NCBI GenBank assembly: GCA_022180565.1
Contig: BQML01000002.1
Coordinates: forward strand, 117,888-181,887
Length of the DNA stretch: 64,000 nt
Direction: 5' to 3'
DNA from: Bacteroidia bacterium
Lineage (GTDB): Bacteria; Bacteroidota; Ignavibacteria; UBA10030
Positions 1 through 8,687 of the stretch are shown here, in pieces; positions within the stretch are counted from its first letter, which is position 1, and the number at the start of each line of letters is the position of its first letter. A model generated the notes under the pieces. The model did no database searches. It was not told where the DNA came from and saw only the letters and a list, made by a program, of their open reading frames with translations. Made by a program: the position numbers and the translations under genes.

Positions 1-637
1 GGTCTCCTCGCTTAAGAATGAAATGGTGGGTGAAAGAGAACAATCATATCTGCACAAGAAAAAAGAACCTTCGCGCGAAATTGAGTTTCCGCAGGAAAGG
101 ATTTCAGAGTTTCGCTGATGAATTTTTGTAGAAGAGCAGAGTCGCCGGACGACAATCTTCGCTCTCTGTCCAAGCATGAAGGAGGGTTGAGAGCTTCCGC
201 ACGTCCCCTGAACAACGTGAAATCAAAGAATCGGCGCTCTTCTTTGACGCGCCGCCGGCGAGTGTAACCGGGCATCAATATAAGCGCTTACCGAAGCTTT
301 GTCAAGTGGATTTTGAACAGGGCAAAAGTTCACGCATATTTTACCGGAAGATATCCACACATCGCTGGCACACCCCTTGCATAGCCTGGACGACTTGCGT
401 GTAAGACAAAACGATGTAAGTTGCTGTAAACACTTTACTTGACGGATTCCGGGAGTTCAAGCTCAGCTTGAAGGTTCCGTGGAAATCTTGTTGACAACCT
501 GATGAACTGCCAGGTGGAATCCGCACGACATTGAAATCGCGAAAATGCTTGAATCTGGAGACCCTGCCGTGTACTTTTGCGTGCTCCCGGCCGCACGGAA
601 CAGAACGAAACCGGGGATGCCCACAGGAGGATAATGC

Positions 638-2455
638 ATGTCCGTTGTCGTCGAGTTCTCAACCGTTGCCGAAATGTTCGATCGAATCACCCGCAAGTAC
701 GAACATTCGGGGCGCCCGATGCTGCAGTACAAGACCGATGGCGCGTATCGCTCCATCACGCATGCAGAATATCGACGCCAGGTTGAACGCTTCGCTCTCG
801 GCCTCGCATCGCTCGGCATGAAAAAAGGAGACCGGCTTTCGATCGTCTCCGAAAATCGTCCCGAATGGGTCATTGCCGACATGGCCATGGTCATTCTCGG
901 CATCGTCAACGTTCCCATTTATCCCACCCTCACCCCGAAACAGATCGAATACATTTATAATGATGCGGGGATCCGCATGGCGATTGTGTCGAATCAGATG
1001 CAGTTGAACAAGATCCAGCGCATCCGAAACGACGTCAAAACGCTGAAGCGCGTTGCCGTCATGTCGGACAAGGGCGTGACCGCCGGTGAAGACGTGCTTT
1101 CCTTCTCGCGTATCTACGAAATGGGGGATGCCTTTGCTCAATCTCACCCCGACCTTCTGCGCGAATCCATGGCCGGCGTCAAACCGGACGATCTGCTGAC
1201 GTTCATCTATACGTCCGGCACAACGGGCAACCCCAAAGGGGTGATGCTCACCCACAAAAATCTGGTGTCGAACATCAAAGCTTCCGCCGATGTAATTCCT
1301 TTTGGCGAAACGGACACGCTCCTCTCCTTTCTGCCTCTCTGCCACTCGTTCGAGCGCATGGCGGGATACTACACCACCATGGCGTGCGGCGTAACGGTTG
1401 CTTATGCGGAGAGTGTCGAAACTGTCAGGGACAATCTGCTCGAAGTGCACCCGACCGTCGTTACGACGGTACCGCGACTGTTCGAACGCATTTACAACCG
1501 ACTCATGAAGCAGGTCGACAGCAGTCCCGCTCCCCGGCAGAAGATCTTTCACTGGGCATTGGCGGTCGGCAAAGAAATGGCCGCCGCAAAGAGGTCCGGC
1601 AAGGTTTCACCGTTCCTGAGGCTCCAGCACGGTCTGGCCTCGAAACTCGTGTACTCCAAGCTCAAGGAGCGCACCGGAGGACGCATACGCTTCTTTGTCT
1701 CCGGCGGTGCTGCATTGCCGAAAATGCTCGGAGAATTCTTCGAGGCGATGGGAATCCAGATCATTGAAGGTTATGGATTGACCGAAACGTCGCCTGTGCT
1801 CACCGTCAACCGTTTGGACGATTACAAGTTCGGTACTGTGGGTAAACCCATACCCGGAGTCGAAATCAAAATCGCCGAGGATGGGGAAATCCTGGCGCGC
1901 GGACCGAACATCATGGCGGGATACTATAATAACAAGAAGGCGACCGAAGAGGTGATCGACAGAGAAGGATGGTTCCACACGGGAGATATAGGGCATTTCG
2001 ACGATGGGGGACATCTGATGATCACGGACCGGAAGAAGCATCTGTTCGTGAGCTCGGGAGGCAAGAACATCGCCCCCCAGCCGATCGAAAACCTCTTCCT
2101 GGCCAGCAAGTTCATCGACCAGTTTGTTCTGATTGGAGATGGCAGAATGTTCCTGACGGCCCTCATTGTGCCGGAATTCGAGGTTTTGAAGGAATATGCT
2201 CACCACAATGGATTGCTCTTCAGTTCGGAGCGCGAACTGATCCTCAGCGACTCGATTAAAGAGATGTTCAAGAAGGAGATCGAGAGGATTCAGAAGGACT
2301 TGCCGGCATTTGAACGTGTCCGCCGTTTCGAACTTCTCGAGAAACCCCTCACCGTCGAATCGGGCGAAATCACCCCCACGCTGAAAGTGAAGCGGAAGGT
2401 CGTGGAGGAAAAATACGCGGGATTGATCGAGAAGATGTATGAAGATGTTGTGTAA
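638..2455 (+). CDS. Long-chain acyl-CoA synthetase (AMP-forming, ANL superfamily)
   Basis: 605-aa ORF. It has the AMP-binding signature YTSGTTGNPKGVMLTHKNL, plus GYGLTETS and TGDIG...DRKK motifs. AGGAGG lies 7 nt upstream of the ATG. Confidence 0.9.
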   Translation: MSVVVEFSTVAEMFDRITRKYEHSGRPMLQYKTDGAYRSITHAEYRRQVERFALGLASLGMKKGDRLSIVSENRPEWVIADMAMVILGIVNVPIYPTLTPKQIEYIYNDAGIRMAIVSNQMQLNKIQRIRNDVKTLKRVAVMSDKGVTAGEDVLSFSRIYEMGDAFAQSHPDLLRESMAGVKPDDLLTFIYTSGTTGNPKGVMLTHKNLVSNIKASADVIPFGETDTLLSFLPLCHSFERMAGYYTTMACGVTVAYAESVETVRDNLLEVHPTVVTTVPRLFERIYNRLMKQVDSSPAPRQKIFHWALAVGKEMAAAKRSGKVSPFLRLQHGLASKLVYSKLKERTGGRIRFFVSGGAALPKMLGEFFEAMGIQIIEGYGLTETSPVLTVNRLDDYKFGTVGKPIPGVEIKIAEDGEILARGPNIMAGYYNNKKATEEVIDREGWFHTGDIGHFDDGGHLMITDRKKHLFVSSGGKNIAPQPIENLFLASKFIDQFVLIGDGRMFLTALIVPEFEVLKEYAHHNGLLFSSERELILSDSIKEMFKKEIERIQKDLPAFERVRRFELLEKPLTVESGEITPTLKVKRKVVEEKYAGLIEKMYEDVV

Positions 2456-2467
2456 CGGACGCTGATG

Positions 2468-3040
2468 TCAGCGCAGATCCCCCGGGCGCGGAATGCGTGT
2501 GACTCTGCGAAGCGTGATCTTGTCCGACACGACCCACGCGTCGGGGTATCCGAGGTTCACAATGCGTGGAAGGCGCTGGCTGGCTTCCAGGCGCGTGGCG
2601 TAGTCTCCTACGCGGACCTTATAGACGGGCGGGTCATACACCACATACACAGAATCGTTTCCGACCTTGGTGCGGGCAGTTTCCCTGGCCGATACCGCCT
2701 CGTCAATGTTTGCCGAGGCGAACACCTGGATTCTGAATCCCTGCACCTCCACCGTTTCCACGACCGTGCTGTCCGAGGGCAGATCGACGGGCGTTACGGA
2801 TTGCCCATGACGCCCATGACTCTGTTGGACGGTCTCCACCTCCTCGTCAAATTCCGACGGCCTTAGCGTGGCTTCGTAGTAAGCCAGGGGAGCCTTCTCT
2901 CTCGTTCCGTTCTGCTCGTCGCTCAGCATTTGTCCCGGGCCGCAGCCGGCCACAGGAAAGACAAAAAAGAAGAAGCACATCGGCAGACAGCACCAAAGGA
3001 TAAGCCGAAACAGGATTCTTTTTTCTGTTTGCCTGTTCAT
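2468..3040 (-). CDS. SPOR domain-containing lipoprotein
   Basis: Hydrophobic N-terminus ending in PVAGC (lipobox-like). The C-terminal SPOR-like segment reads FRIQVFASANIDEA...YKVRVGDYATRLEA. Confidence 0.65.
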   Translation of the reverse strand: MNRQTEKRILFRLILWCCLPMCFFFFVFPVAGCGPGQMLSDEQNGTREKAPLAYYEATLRPSEFDEEVETVQQSHGRHGQSVTPVDLPSDSTVVETVEVQGFRIQVFASANIDEAVSARETARTKVGNDSVYVVYDPPVYKVRVGDYATRLEASQRLPRIVNLGYPDAWVVSDKITLRRVTRIPRPGDLR

Positions 3041-3055
3041 TTCTGTCTTAGGCGT

Positions 3056-3919
3056 CTAGTATCCCGTTGCAGGAGTTTTTTCTCCCGTCACAATCATCAC
3101 GCTGGCGCTGGCGCCGATTCTGTCCGCACCGCTTTCAATGAGCGCCCTGGCGTCTTCATGGGTCCTCACACCGCCCGAGGCCTTCACCCCGAGCGACGGT
3201 CCCACAACCTTCTTCATGAGGGCAACATCTCCCGTGGTGGCTCCGCCTTTGGAGAACCCCGTAGATGTCTTCACAAAATTGGCCCCCGCGCTCTTTGCCA
3301 GGAGGCATGCCTTCACTTTTTCCTCGTCCGTGAGCAGGCCGGTTTCGATGATGACCTTCAAGAGTGCGCCGTGGCGCTTGACGACGCGCGCGACCGCGGC
3401 AATATCGTTCTCCACGTATTGATAATCGCCGGATTTCAATCTGCCGACATTGATCACCATGTCGATCTCCCGCGCGCCATCCTGAATAGCCCTCTCGGCC
3501 TCAAAAGCCTTGGTCTCGGTTGACGTCGCGCCGAGAGGAAATCCAACCACGGTACAGACCTTAACGGCAGTGTCTCGCAGAAGCTTCGCACAGAGACGCA
3601 CGTAGGACGGATTGATGCACACGCTTGCAAATCCGTATTGCTTCGCTTCGGAACAGAGTGTTTCAATCTGTGCCACCGTCGCTTCGGGCTTCAGGAGAGT
3701 GTGATCAATCATGGAAGCAATAGCTTTGTCGATCGGTTGTCCCGAGACCCCGACGCCGGCGGAAATCCTGTCCGCTCCGCTTCGTACGACGTTTTGAACA
3801 CCCTCCTTGTTGTGCACGACGCACAGGTTGTCTGAACATACCCCGTCATGACAACACGTGTGCGCGTTGGTTTCGCGGAGAACCTCTTCGATGAGCCTCA
3901 GAATCGTTTGCTTATCCAT
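3056..3919 (-). CDS. deoC: Deoxyribose-phosphate aldolase with about 65-aa N-terminal extension
   Basis: DERA core motifs are present: [30 protein letters not shown] and FVKTSTGF (Schiff-base Lys). The ATG at 3919 is preferred. The ORF-track start at 3982 would overlap the upstream peptidase gene. Confidence 0.85.
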   Translation of the reverse strand: MDKQTILRLIEEVLRETNAHTCCHDGVCSDNLCVVHNKEGVQNVVRSGADRISAGVGVSGQPIDKAIASMIDHTLLKPEATVAQIETLCSEAKQYGFASVCINPSYVRLCAKLLRDTAVKVCTVVGFPLGATSTETKAFEAERAIQDGAREIDMVINVGRLKSGDYQYVENDIAAVARVVKRHGALLKVIIETGLLTDEEKVKACLLAKSAGANFVKTSTGFSKGGATTGDVALMKKVVGPSLGVKASGGVRTHEDARALIESGADRIGASASVMIVTGEKTPATGY

Positions 3920-3957
3920 GCAAGAGGAAGATAAGGACTTTTGGAGTGAAAAGGTAT

Positions 3958-5631
3958 TCAGTCCCTTGCCTTCAAGATCCAATCGTCCGGATCGACGATG
4001 ACCGTCGTTCCTGACGGCACCAGCACTCGTCCTTCACCGTTCGACATGTCCACACCAACTCGTGTTTCGCCGAACTGGACTTCAACCGGCATGGGAAACG
4101 GAAGTCCGCCTGGGACGTCCCAGCGTAGTCGAAGCTCATTTCCTTTGAGTTCCGTGAGGAGCTTTGGAAGGTGAGGCTGGTGGAGATACACGTCAAAAAA
4201 CCAATCAAGCTGTGTACCCGAGAGCAGTTCGGCAGTGCGGAGCACATCTGCCGTTGTGGCATAACGGCACTGCGATCCGTCGGTCACTCGCTCCAAAGCG
4301 GGATCCGGATAGGCCATACGCCGAAGGAACTTGCTCATGGTCTGCGGGCCGAGCAAATACCGCAGGGTGTGCAAGATCCATGCACCCTTGTAATAAATGT
4401 CCGTATCACTGCGTGTGTAGTCTGGCGGGAAAAAGTAGATCTCCGTGGAGGAGGTGGCCGTTCGCGGAGCAACGGGCTTCCGGTTGGCAATTCTTCCAGA
4501 GAGCCCCTTCATGAATGCATGATACGCAGTATCACCGGCCAGCTCCTCACGATACAGGGCTTCCATGTACGTCGCAAATCCTTCATGGATCCACATATCC
4601 TTCCAGTCGGCATTGCTCACGAGGTTCGCCCACCACTCATGTGCCAGCTCATGAAAGTGCAGCCAGTCGTACCCGAACTCGTTCAGCCGGAACTCATTAC
4701 CATACGCAATCAATGTCTGATGTTCCATCCCCAGATACGGGGTGTGGACAATCCCATACTTATCCGCCCGAAAGGGATAGGGCCCGAGCCTCTCTTCGAG
4801 AAACCGCAGGTCCTTCAGGAACAACGGCATGTGCATCCGCCCGCGGTCATAGTCTTCCGGGATCACCCAAAACGTCACCGGAAACGTCTCACCTGTTACG
4901 CTGGTGTACACCGTGTCCACAGTCCTGTAAGGAGCAATGCTGATGTTCACGCAATAGTTGTTTATCGGCGTCGAGACGAACCAGTGATAAGTATTTGTTC
5001 CATTCCAGTTGCTCGTTACATTCATCAGCTTGCCGTTGGATGCGCACACAAGCGATGCAGGCACGGTGATCCGCAAGGCGACCGAGTCTGCACGATCGCC
5101 TGGGTGATCCTTGCACGGCCACCAGAGATCTGCGCCGTCGTTCTGACACGAAAGACTGATCCAGGGAAGACCCGACGGCGTCTGTGCCCAAGTAAATCCG
5201 CCCACCCAGGGTGGCCTGAGAGCGATCCGCGGACGGCCATGATATTTCACCTGAACACGCACCCGGTCTCCCGGTTGGTAGGTCTGCTCAAGGGAAACCC
5301 AGATCCGTGATCCCCTTCTCTCAAACGGCAGAAAGTCGATCGGCGCTGAAATCGTGCCTCCCGCCGTGCCGGTTACACTGTACACTGTGTCCAAATCGAG
5401 CACGAACCATTCAATCGGATGGACGATCGTTGCAGAGGCGGTCACGGTCCCGACAATACTTGAATCACCGGGGTTCACCGCGATCTCGAGGTCGTAGAAG
5501 GTGATGTCGTATGCGGCCTGTTCAGGCATCATCGGGCCGCCTGATCCCGTGGGCCGGACTCCAAGATTCCTCTGAGCCGACACCCACACTGGTGCAAGAA
5601 CCAGGAACAGGGATATGATCGTCTTCTTCAT
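3958..5631 (-). CDS. M1 family metallopeptidase (aminopeptidase N-like), secreted
   Basis: Signal peptide [23 protein letters not shown] exopeptidase-like motif and zincin HELAHEWW-x18-E (WIHEGFATY). The ATGA overlap with the upstream EamA gene is at 5628-5631. Confidence 0.85.
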   Translation of the reverse strand: MKKTIISLFLVLAPVWVSAQRNLGVRPTGSGGPMMPEQAAYDITFYDLEIAVNPGDSSIVGTVTASATIVHPIEWFVLDLDTVYSVTGTAGGTISAPIDFLPFERRGSRIWVSLEQTYQPGDRVRVQVKYHGRPRIALRPPWVGGFTWAQTPSGLPWISLSCQNDGADLWWPCKDHPGDRADSVALRITVPASLVCASNGKLMNVTSNWNGTNTYHWFVSTPINNYCVNISIAPYRTVDTVYTSVTGETFPVTFWVIPEDYDRGRMHMPLFLKDLRFLEERLGPYPFRADKYGIVHTPYLGMEHQTLIAYGNEFRLNEFGYDWLHFHELAHEWWANLVSNADWKDMWIHEGFATYMEALYREELAGDTAYHAFMKGLSGRIANRKPVAPRTATSSTEIYFFPPDYTRSDTDIYYKGAWILHTLRYLLGPQTMSKFLRRMAYPDPALERVTDGSQCRYATTADVLRTAELLSGTQLDWFFDVYLHQPHLPKLLTELKGNELRLRWDVPGGLPFPMPVEVQFGETRVGVDMSNGEGRVLVPSGTTVIVDPDDWILKARD

Positions 5632-6533
5632 GACCGTGTCTTTCCTCTTCCTTGTAAAGAATCAGTCGCGACGGACGCGGTTTCGAGGTTTCTGTAAGCC
5701 GGCAAAACCACAGCGATAAAGATGCCCGAAAGAATGGCAGTGCCGGCCAACACCATGCGGATATCAAGGAATTCGTTCAGGAACAGGACCCCGCCCCCTG
5801 CGGCCAAGACCGGGACAAGCATCTGCAAAATAGCCGCTTGTGTTGCGGAGATTCGGGGCAAAAGAGCATACCAAAGAACATATCCCAGGCCCGAAGCGAG
5901 GGCGCCCGAAGAGACAGCGAGGAAGACCCCACCGGGTTTGGCCTCGCCTACAGGCGAAAAGACCAGAAGGGGCCATACGAGCAATACGGCAAAAACGAAA
6001 TTGGAGCCGGTATTTCCCAAGGGATTCCGGCTCCCCTTGCCGAGAATGGAATACACACCCCAGCAGATGCCTGCCGCGGCCATGAATGCCACTCCCGACA
6101 CATCAGCGGCGGCCGAACCGGGAAGGGTCAGTATCGCCAGGCCTGAAACTGCGAGAACAAGACCGGACCACTCGTAGCCTGTTACCCGTCTCCCCCTGGA
6201 AATGTCCCAACCGATCATCGTGATTTGCACGGCGGCAAACAGAACAAAAGCGCCTACGCCGACGGGAATCGTAACGTAGGAATACGAAAACAGTGCCGCA
6301 TAGCCGCCGAGCGCAACAGCAGCACCCCAATGCGGCTGCTTCCAAGTCCTGTCCTTTCTCAGTCTCAAAAGAAACACCAGCATCAAAGCCCCACTGGCAA
6401 GACGGAGGACCGTAAAAGTGCCGGGATCGACAAGATCGGGAACGAGGGCCAGCCTGCACAAGATCGAGTTTGATGCAAAAGCACTAAGCGTTATGAGAAC
6501 AAGCAGGGGAGTGGATCGTAGGGATGCATTCAC
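5628..6533 (-). CDS. EamA/DMT family transporter
   Basis: 301 aa, about 10 hydrophobic helices in two similar halves, typical of the drug/metabolite transporter fold. GTG start. Confidence 0.7.
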   Translation of the reverse strand: MNASLRSTPLLVLITLSAFASNSILCRLALVPDLVDPGTFTVLRLASGALMLVFLLRLRKDRTWKQPHWGAAVALGGYAALFSYSYVTIPVGVGAFVLFAAVQITMIGWDISRGRRVTGYEWSGLVLAVSGLAILTLPGSAAADVSGVAFMAAAGICWGVYSILGKGSRNPLGNTGSNFVFAVLLVWPLLVFSPVGEAKPGGVFLAVSSGALASGLGYVLWYALLPRISATQAAILQMLVPVLAAGGGVLFLNEFLDIRMVLAGTAILSGIFIAVVLPAYRNLETASVATDSLQGRGKTRS

Positions 6534-6548
6534 TGTTGGTGTCGGACG

Positions 6549-7550
6549 TTACTGTTTGGGTTCTTTCCGGACGGCATACGAAAACCGCAATATCCCGGTT
6601 TTGTCGAAGAATTCTATTCCCAGGGCTGAGTACGACACTCCCAGGACCGCGTAGCCCAGATTGGTGGCGGCAAAGATGGTGTTCTCCTTCCACTCCGTAT
6701 CGCGATGCTTTCCCCCTCCGCCACTGATAAGGTAGTACACACCTTGAACCGGCCGAAGAAGCTGCAGGTCGTGATCGTGACCTGCGAGATAGGCATCAAC
6801 ACCGTACCGGGTAAAAAGGGGCTCGAGGAGGGATGCCAGCGCAGGGTTGTCTCCATGCTCGCCGTTCGAGTACAGTGGATGATGGCCTGCGACGAGTTTC
6901 CAGGTTGCGGTGGAGGACGAAAGGACATCTTCCAGCCATCGCAGCTGAGGGCGATAGAGTGACGAATCTTCGCCAGTCGTGATTTCACCCATGGTGAGGT
7001 ATGCCATCGGGTGGGTATCGAGGCAGAACAGCTCCATTGTTGTCGAGTCGTCAACGCTGAAATGTCGCGAAAAAAAACGTGCGGGCATGGTCCAGCGAGA
7101 GCTGATTCCGGTGTACTCCACTTGGGCCTGGGGATTCGACCGGTAGTCGTGGTTTCCCAGCACGGCGAGAAACGGAATCCGCAGGGATGGAAAATCGTAC
7201 ATCGCCTCGAACTTCTCGGTCCATTGCGGGTCCGAAATGGAACTCACACCCGACTCGTAGAAGTTGTCCCCGAGGAGAAGGACGAAGGAGATGGATTTGT
7301 TTTCTGCCGTTCTCGCCATGGACTCTGCCACGGCTCGTTGGCCGGATGCTCCTGTTCCTACATCTCCCACCGCGATGAAACGCAGAACAGGGGAGTTGAA
7401 CGAAATCGGTTCGGGAGGCGGAAGCACCCTTGCCCCATGTACGGTACTCGTCGAAAACCAGTCATGGAGATCGTAGCATCCCGCAAGGTTCAACGCCGCA
7501 AGGAAGAACAGGACGGCGGTCAGAGGCCGGTGGCTTTTAGCTGAAATCAT
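6549..7550 (-). CDS. Calcineurin-like metallophosphoesterase (purple acid phosphatase-like) lipoprotein
   Basis: Motifs GDVGTG, GDNFY, GNHDY, GHHP and GHDH. The ATG at 7550 gives signal MISAKSHRPLTAVLFFLAALNLAGC with a lipobox. The ORF-track start is at 7586. Confidence 0.8.
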   Translation of the reverse strand: MISAKSHRPLTAVLFFLAALNLAGCYDLHDWFSTSTVHGARVLPPPEPISFNSPVLRFIAVGDVGTGASGQRAVAESMARTAENKSISFVLLLGDNFYESGVSSISDPQWTEKFEAMYDFPSLRIPFLAVLGNHDYRSNPQAQVEYTGISSRWTMPARFFSRHFSVDDSTTMELFCLDTHPMAYLTMGEITTGEDSSLYRPQLRWLEDVLSSSTATWKLVAGHHPLYSNGEHGDNPALASLLEPLFTRYGVDAYLAGHDHDLQLLRPVQGVYYLISGGGGKHRDTEWKENTIFAATNLGYAVLGVSYSALGIEFFDKTGILRFSYAVRKEPKQ

Positions 7551-7597
7551 GGTCTGAAGTTCCCCAAAATACGAAAACCCCCGCATGCGTTCAACAG

Positions 7598-7634
7598 GAG
7601 AAAAAACAAACCCCCGGCCTTTTCAAGCCGGGGG
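7598..7634 (-). terminator. Rho-independent terminator downstream of the PDZ gene
   Basis: Perfect 8-bp GC stem CCCCCGGC/GCCGGGGG (7611-7618 and 7627-7634) with an 8-nt loop. On the minus strand it is followed by TTTGTTTTTTC. Confidence 0.75.
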
Positions 7635-7665
7635 TGTTTGAAGGAGGTGATGGTTGTTTGGTGGT

Positions 7666-8604
7666 TTAGATCGTTACGCTTCGCGTAACGTTTTTTACTT
7701 TCTCCCTGATTTCTCGCTCGATCCGCGGACCGATCTTCTCCATCTTCCGTTCGATCTCTCTGAGATGCGGAGTGACCTCGTATTCGAAATCGAAGTCCAG
7801 ATCGGGTGTAATCTTCATGGGCGGGATGGAGAAGTGACCCCAGTATCCTCCGATCTCTTCATCCAACACCAGCTTCAGGGTTTTCTTCGATCCCTTCCGC
7901 AAAACCTCGATCTCCACGGTGTCCCCTTCTTCATACTTATCAAGGCCGCGCCAAAGGTCCTCGATCTCATCAACGGAACGCGATCCGACGCGCAGGATGA
8001 CATCGCCCGCCGCGATGCCGGCTTTTTCCGCGGCGCTTCCTTTTTCTACGCTTTCGACCAGGACGCCTTCATCGTTGGGAGCCCCGAAATATCGCGCCAA
8101 TTGCTCGTTGAGCGTCATGACCGTCATCCCGAGCATGCCGGTGCTCTGGAATCTCCGTAGGACGTTCCCCGGGCCTGCGAAGAATCTTGCAACCCGCGGT
8201 CTTGGGTATTTTCCGACGACGATCAGTAGGGTCTTCTTCTCTCCGTTGCGAAGAACGACGATCGGTACCCTGGTTCCGGGTTCCGTTCGCTTCACGGATT
8301 TGGAAAGGTCGTCTGCGTCATAGATTTTGCGACCCCCAAATTCCACAATCACATCCCCTTTTTTCAGGCCTGCGGAATCGGCAGGGCTTTCGTCCACGAC
8401 ATCAACGACGTACGCGCCGTCGTCGGATGGAAGTTTCCTTTCAGCCCGCACGTCCTTGGTCACGTCCCGAATCGATACACCGAGCCATCCCGCTCGTGCC
8501 TTTTCCTTTTCACCTTGTTCCTCGCCTGCGTGGGACGCGAATCCGGTGAAGGCAAGCATAGCAAGGAGCGCGGCCACGCCGCCAAGCAGTACCCTGTGCT
8601 TCAT
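7666..8604 (-). CDS. Periplasmic tandem-PDZ protein (no protease domain)
   Basis: Signal peptide, then two PDZ-like segments (GWLGVSIRDV...GLKKGDVIVEFGG and LGMTVMTL...GIAAGDVILRVG) resembling the C-terminal half of HtrA/DegP. No His-Asp-Ser trypsin domain. GGAGG lies before the ATG. Confidence 0.7.
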   Translation of the reverse strand: MKHRVLLGGVAALLAMLAFTGFASHAGEEQGEKEKARAGWLGVSIRDVTKDVRAERKLPSDDGAYVVDVVDESPADSAGLKKGDVIVEFGGRKIYDADDLSKSVKRTEPGTRVPIVVLRNGEKKTLLIVVGKYPRPRVARFFAGPGNVLRRFQSTGMLGMTVMTLNEQLARYFGAPNDEGVLVESVEKGSAAEKAGIAAGDVILRVGSRSVDEIEDLWRGLDKYEEGDTVEIEVLRKGSKKTLKLVLDEEIGGYWGHFSIPPMKITPDLDFDFEYEVTPHLREIERKMEKIGPRIEREIREKVKNVTRSVTI

Positions 8605-8687
8605 AGCGATCCTCCGGTTGGTGGTTTTTTTGGTTAGACGCAGGGAAGCTCCGGGAGTTCCCGGGCGCGGAAAGAAAAAGGGGGGTA

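Noticed and set aside
12-278. 88-aa minus-strand ORF at the left edge, and a possible 38-aa plus-strand C-terminal fragment at 2-118
   Set aside because: Arg-rich, low-complexity translation with no recognisable motif and a poor third-position GC pattern compared with neighbouring genes. The plus-strand fragment is too short to judge. Neither is reported as a feature.
119-637. Looked for tmRNA, RNase P RNA, SRP RNA or a tRNA in the long non-coding stretch
   Set aside because: A tag-like frame (GCC GGA CGA ... GCA TGA near 140-175) ends in VQA, not an Ala-Ala type tag. There is no GGTTCGAATCC-type T-arm followed by a CCA-end context, no GAGGAAAGTCCGG RNase P core and no SRP domain IV motif. 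I cannot exclude other ncRNAs without a covariance-model scan.
659-1552. Long antisense or out-of-frame ORFs overlapping well-supported genes. Examples are 659-1552(-), 4171-5310(+), 8700-9632(+), 12235-13224(+), 26571-27407(-), 30328-31785(-), 34093-35001(-) and 49831-50937(+).
   Set aside because: These are typical shadow ORFs of GC-rich coding DNA. Their translations are Arg/Pro/Gly-rich with no motifs. Each lies opposite or out of frame to a gene with clear family signatures.
2460-2473. CGCTGA-TG-TCAGCG hairpin between the convergent acyl-CoA synthetase and SPOR genes as a bidirectional terminator
   Set aside because: The stem is only 6 bp with a 2-nt loop, there is no U-run on either strand, and it overlaps the SPOR gene stop codon.
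3920-3982. Longer DeoC start at 3982 given by the ORF track
   Set aside because: It would overlap the upstream M1 peptidase gene by 25 nt and add 21 residues ([21 protein letters not shown]) without helical character. The ATG at 3919 is preferred but unproven.
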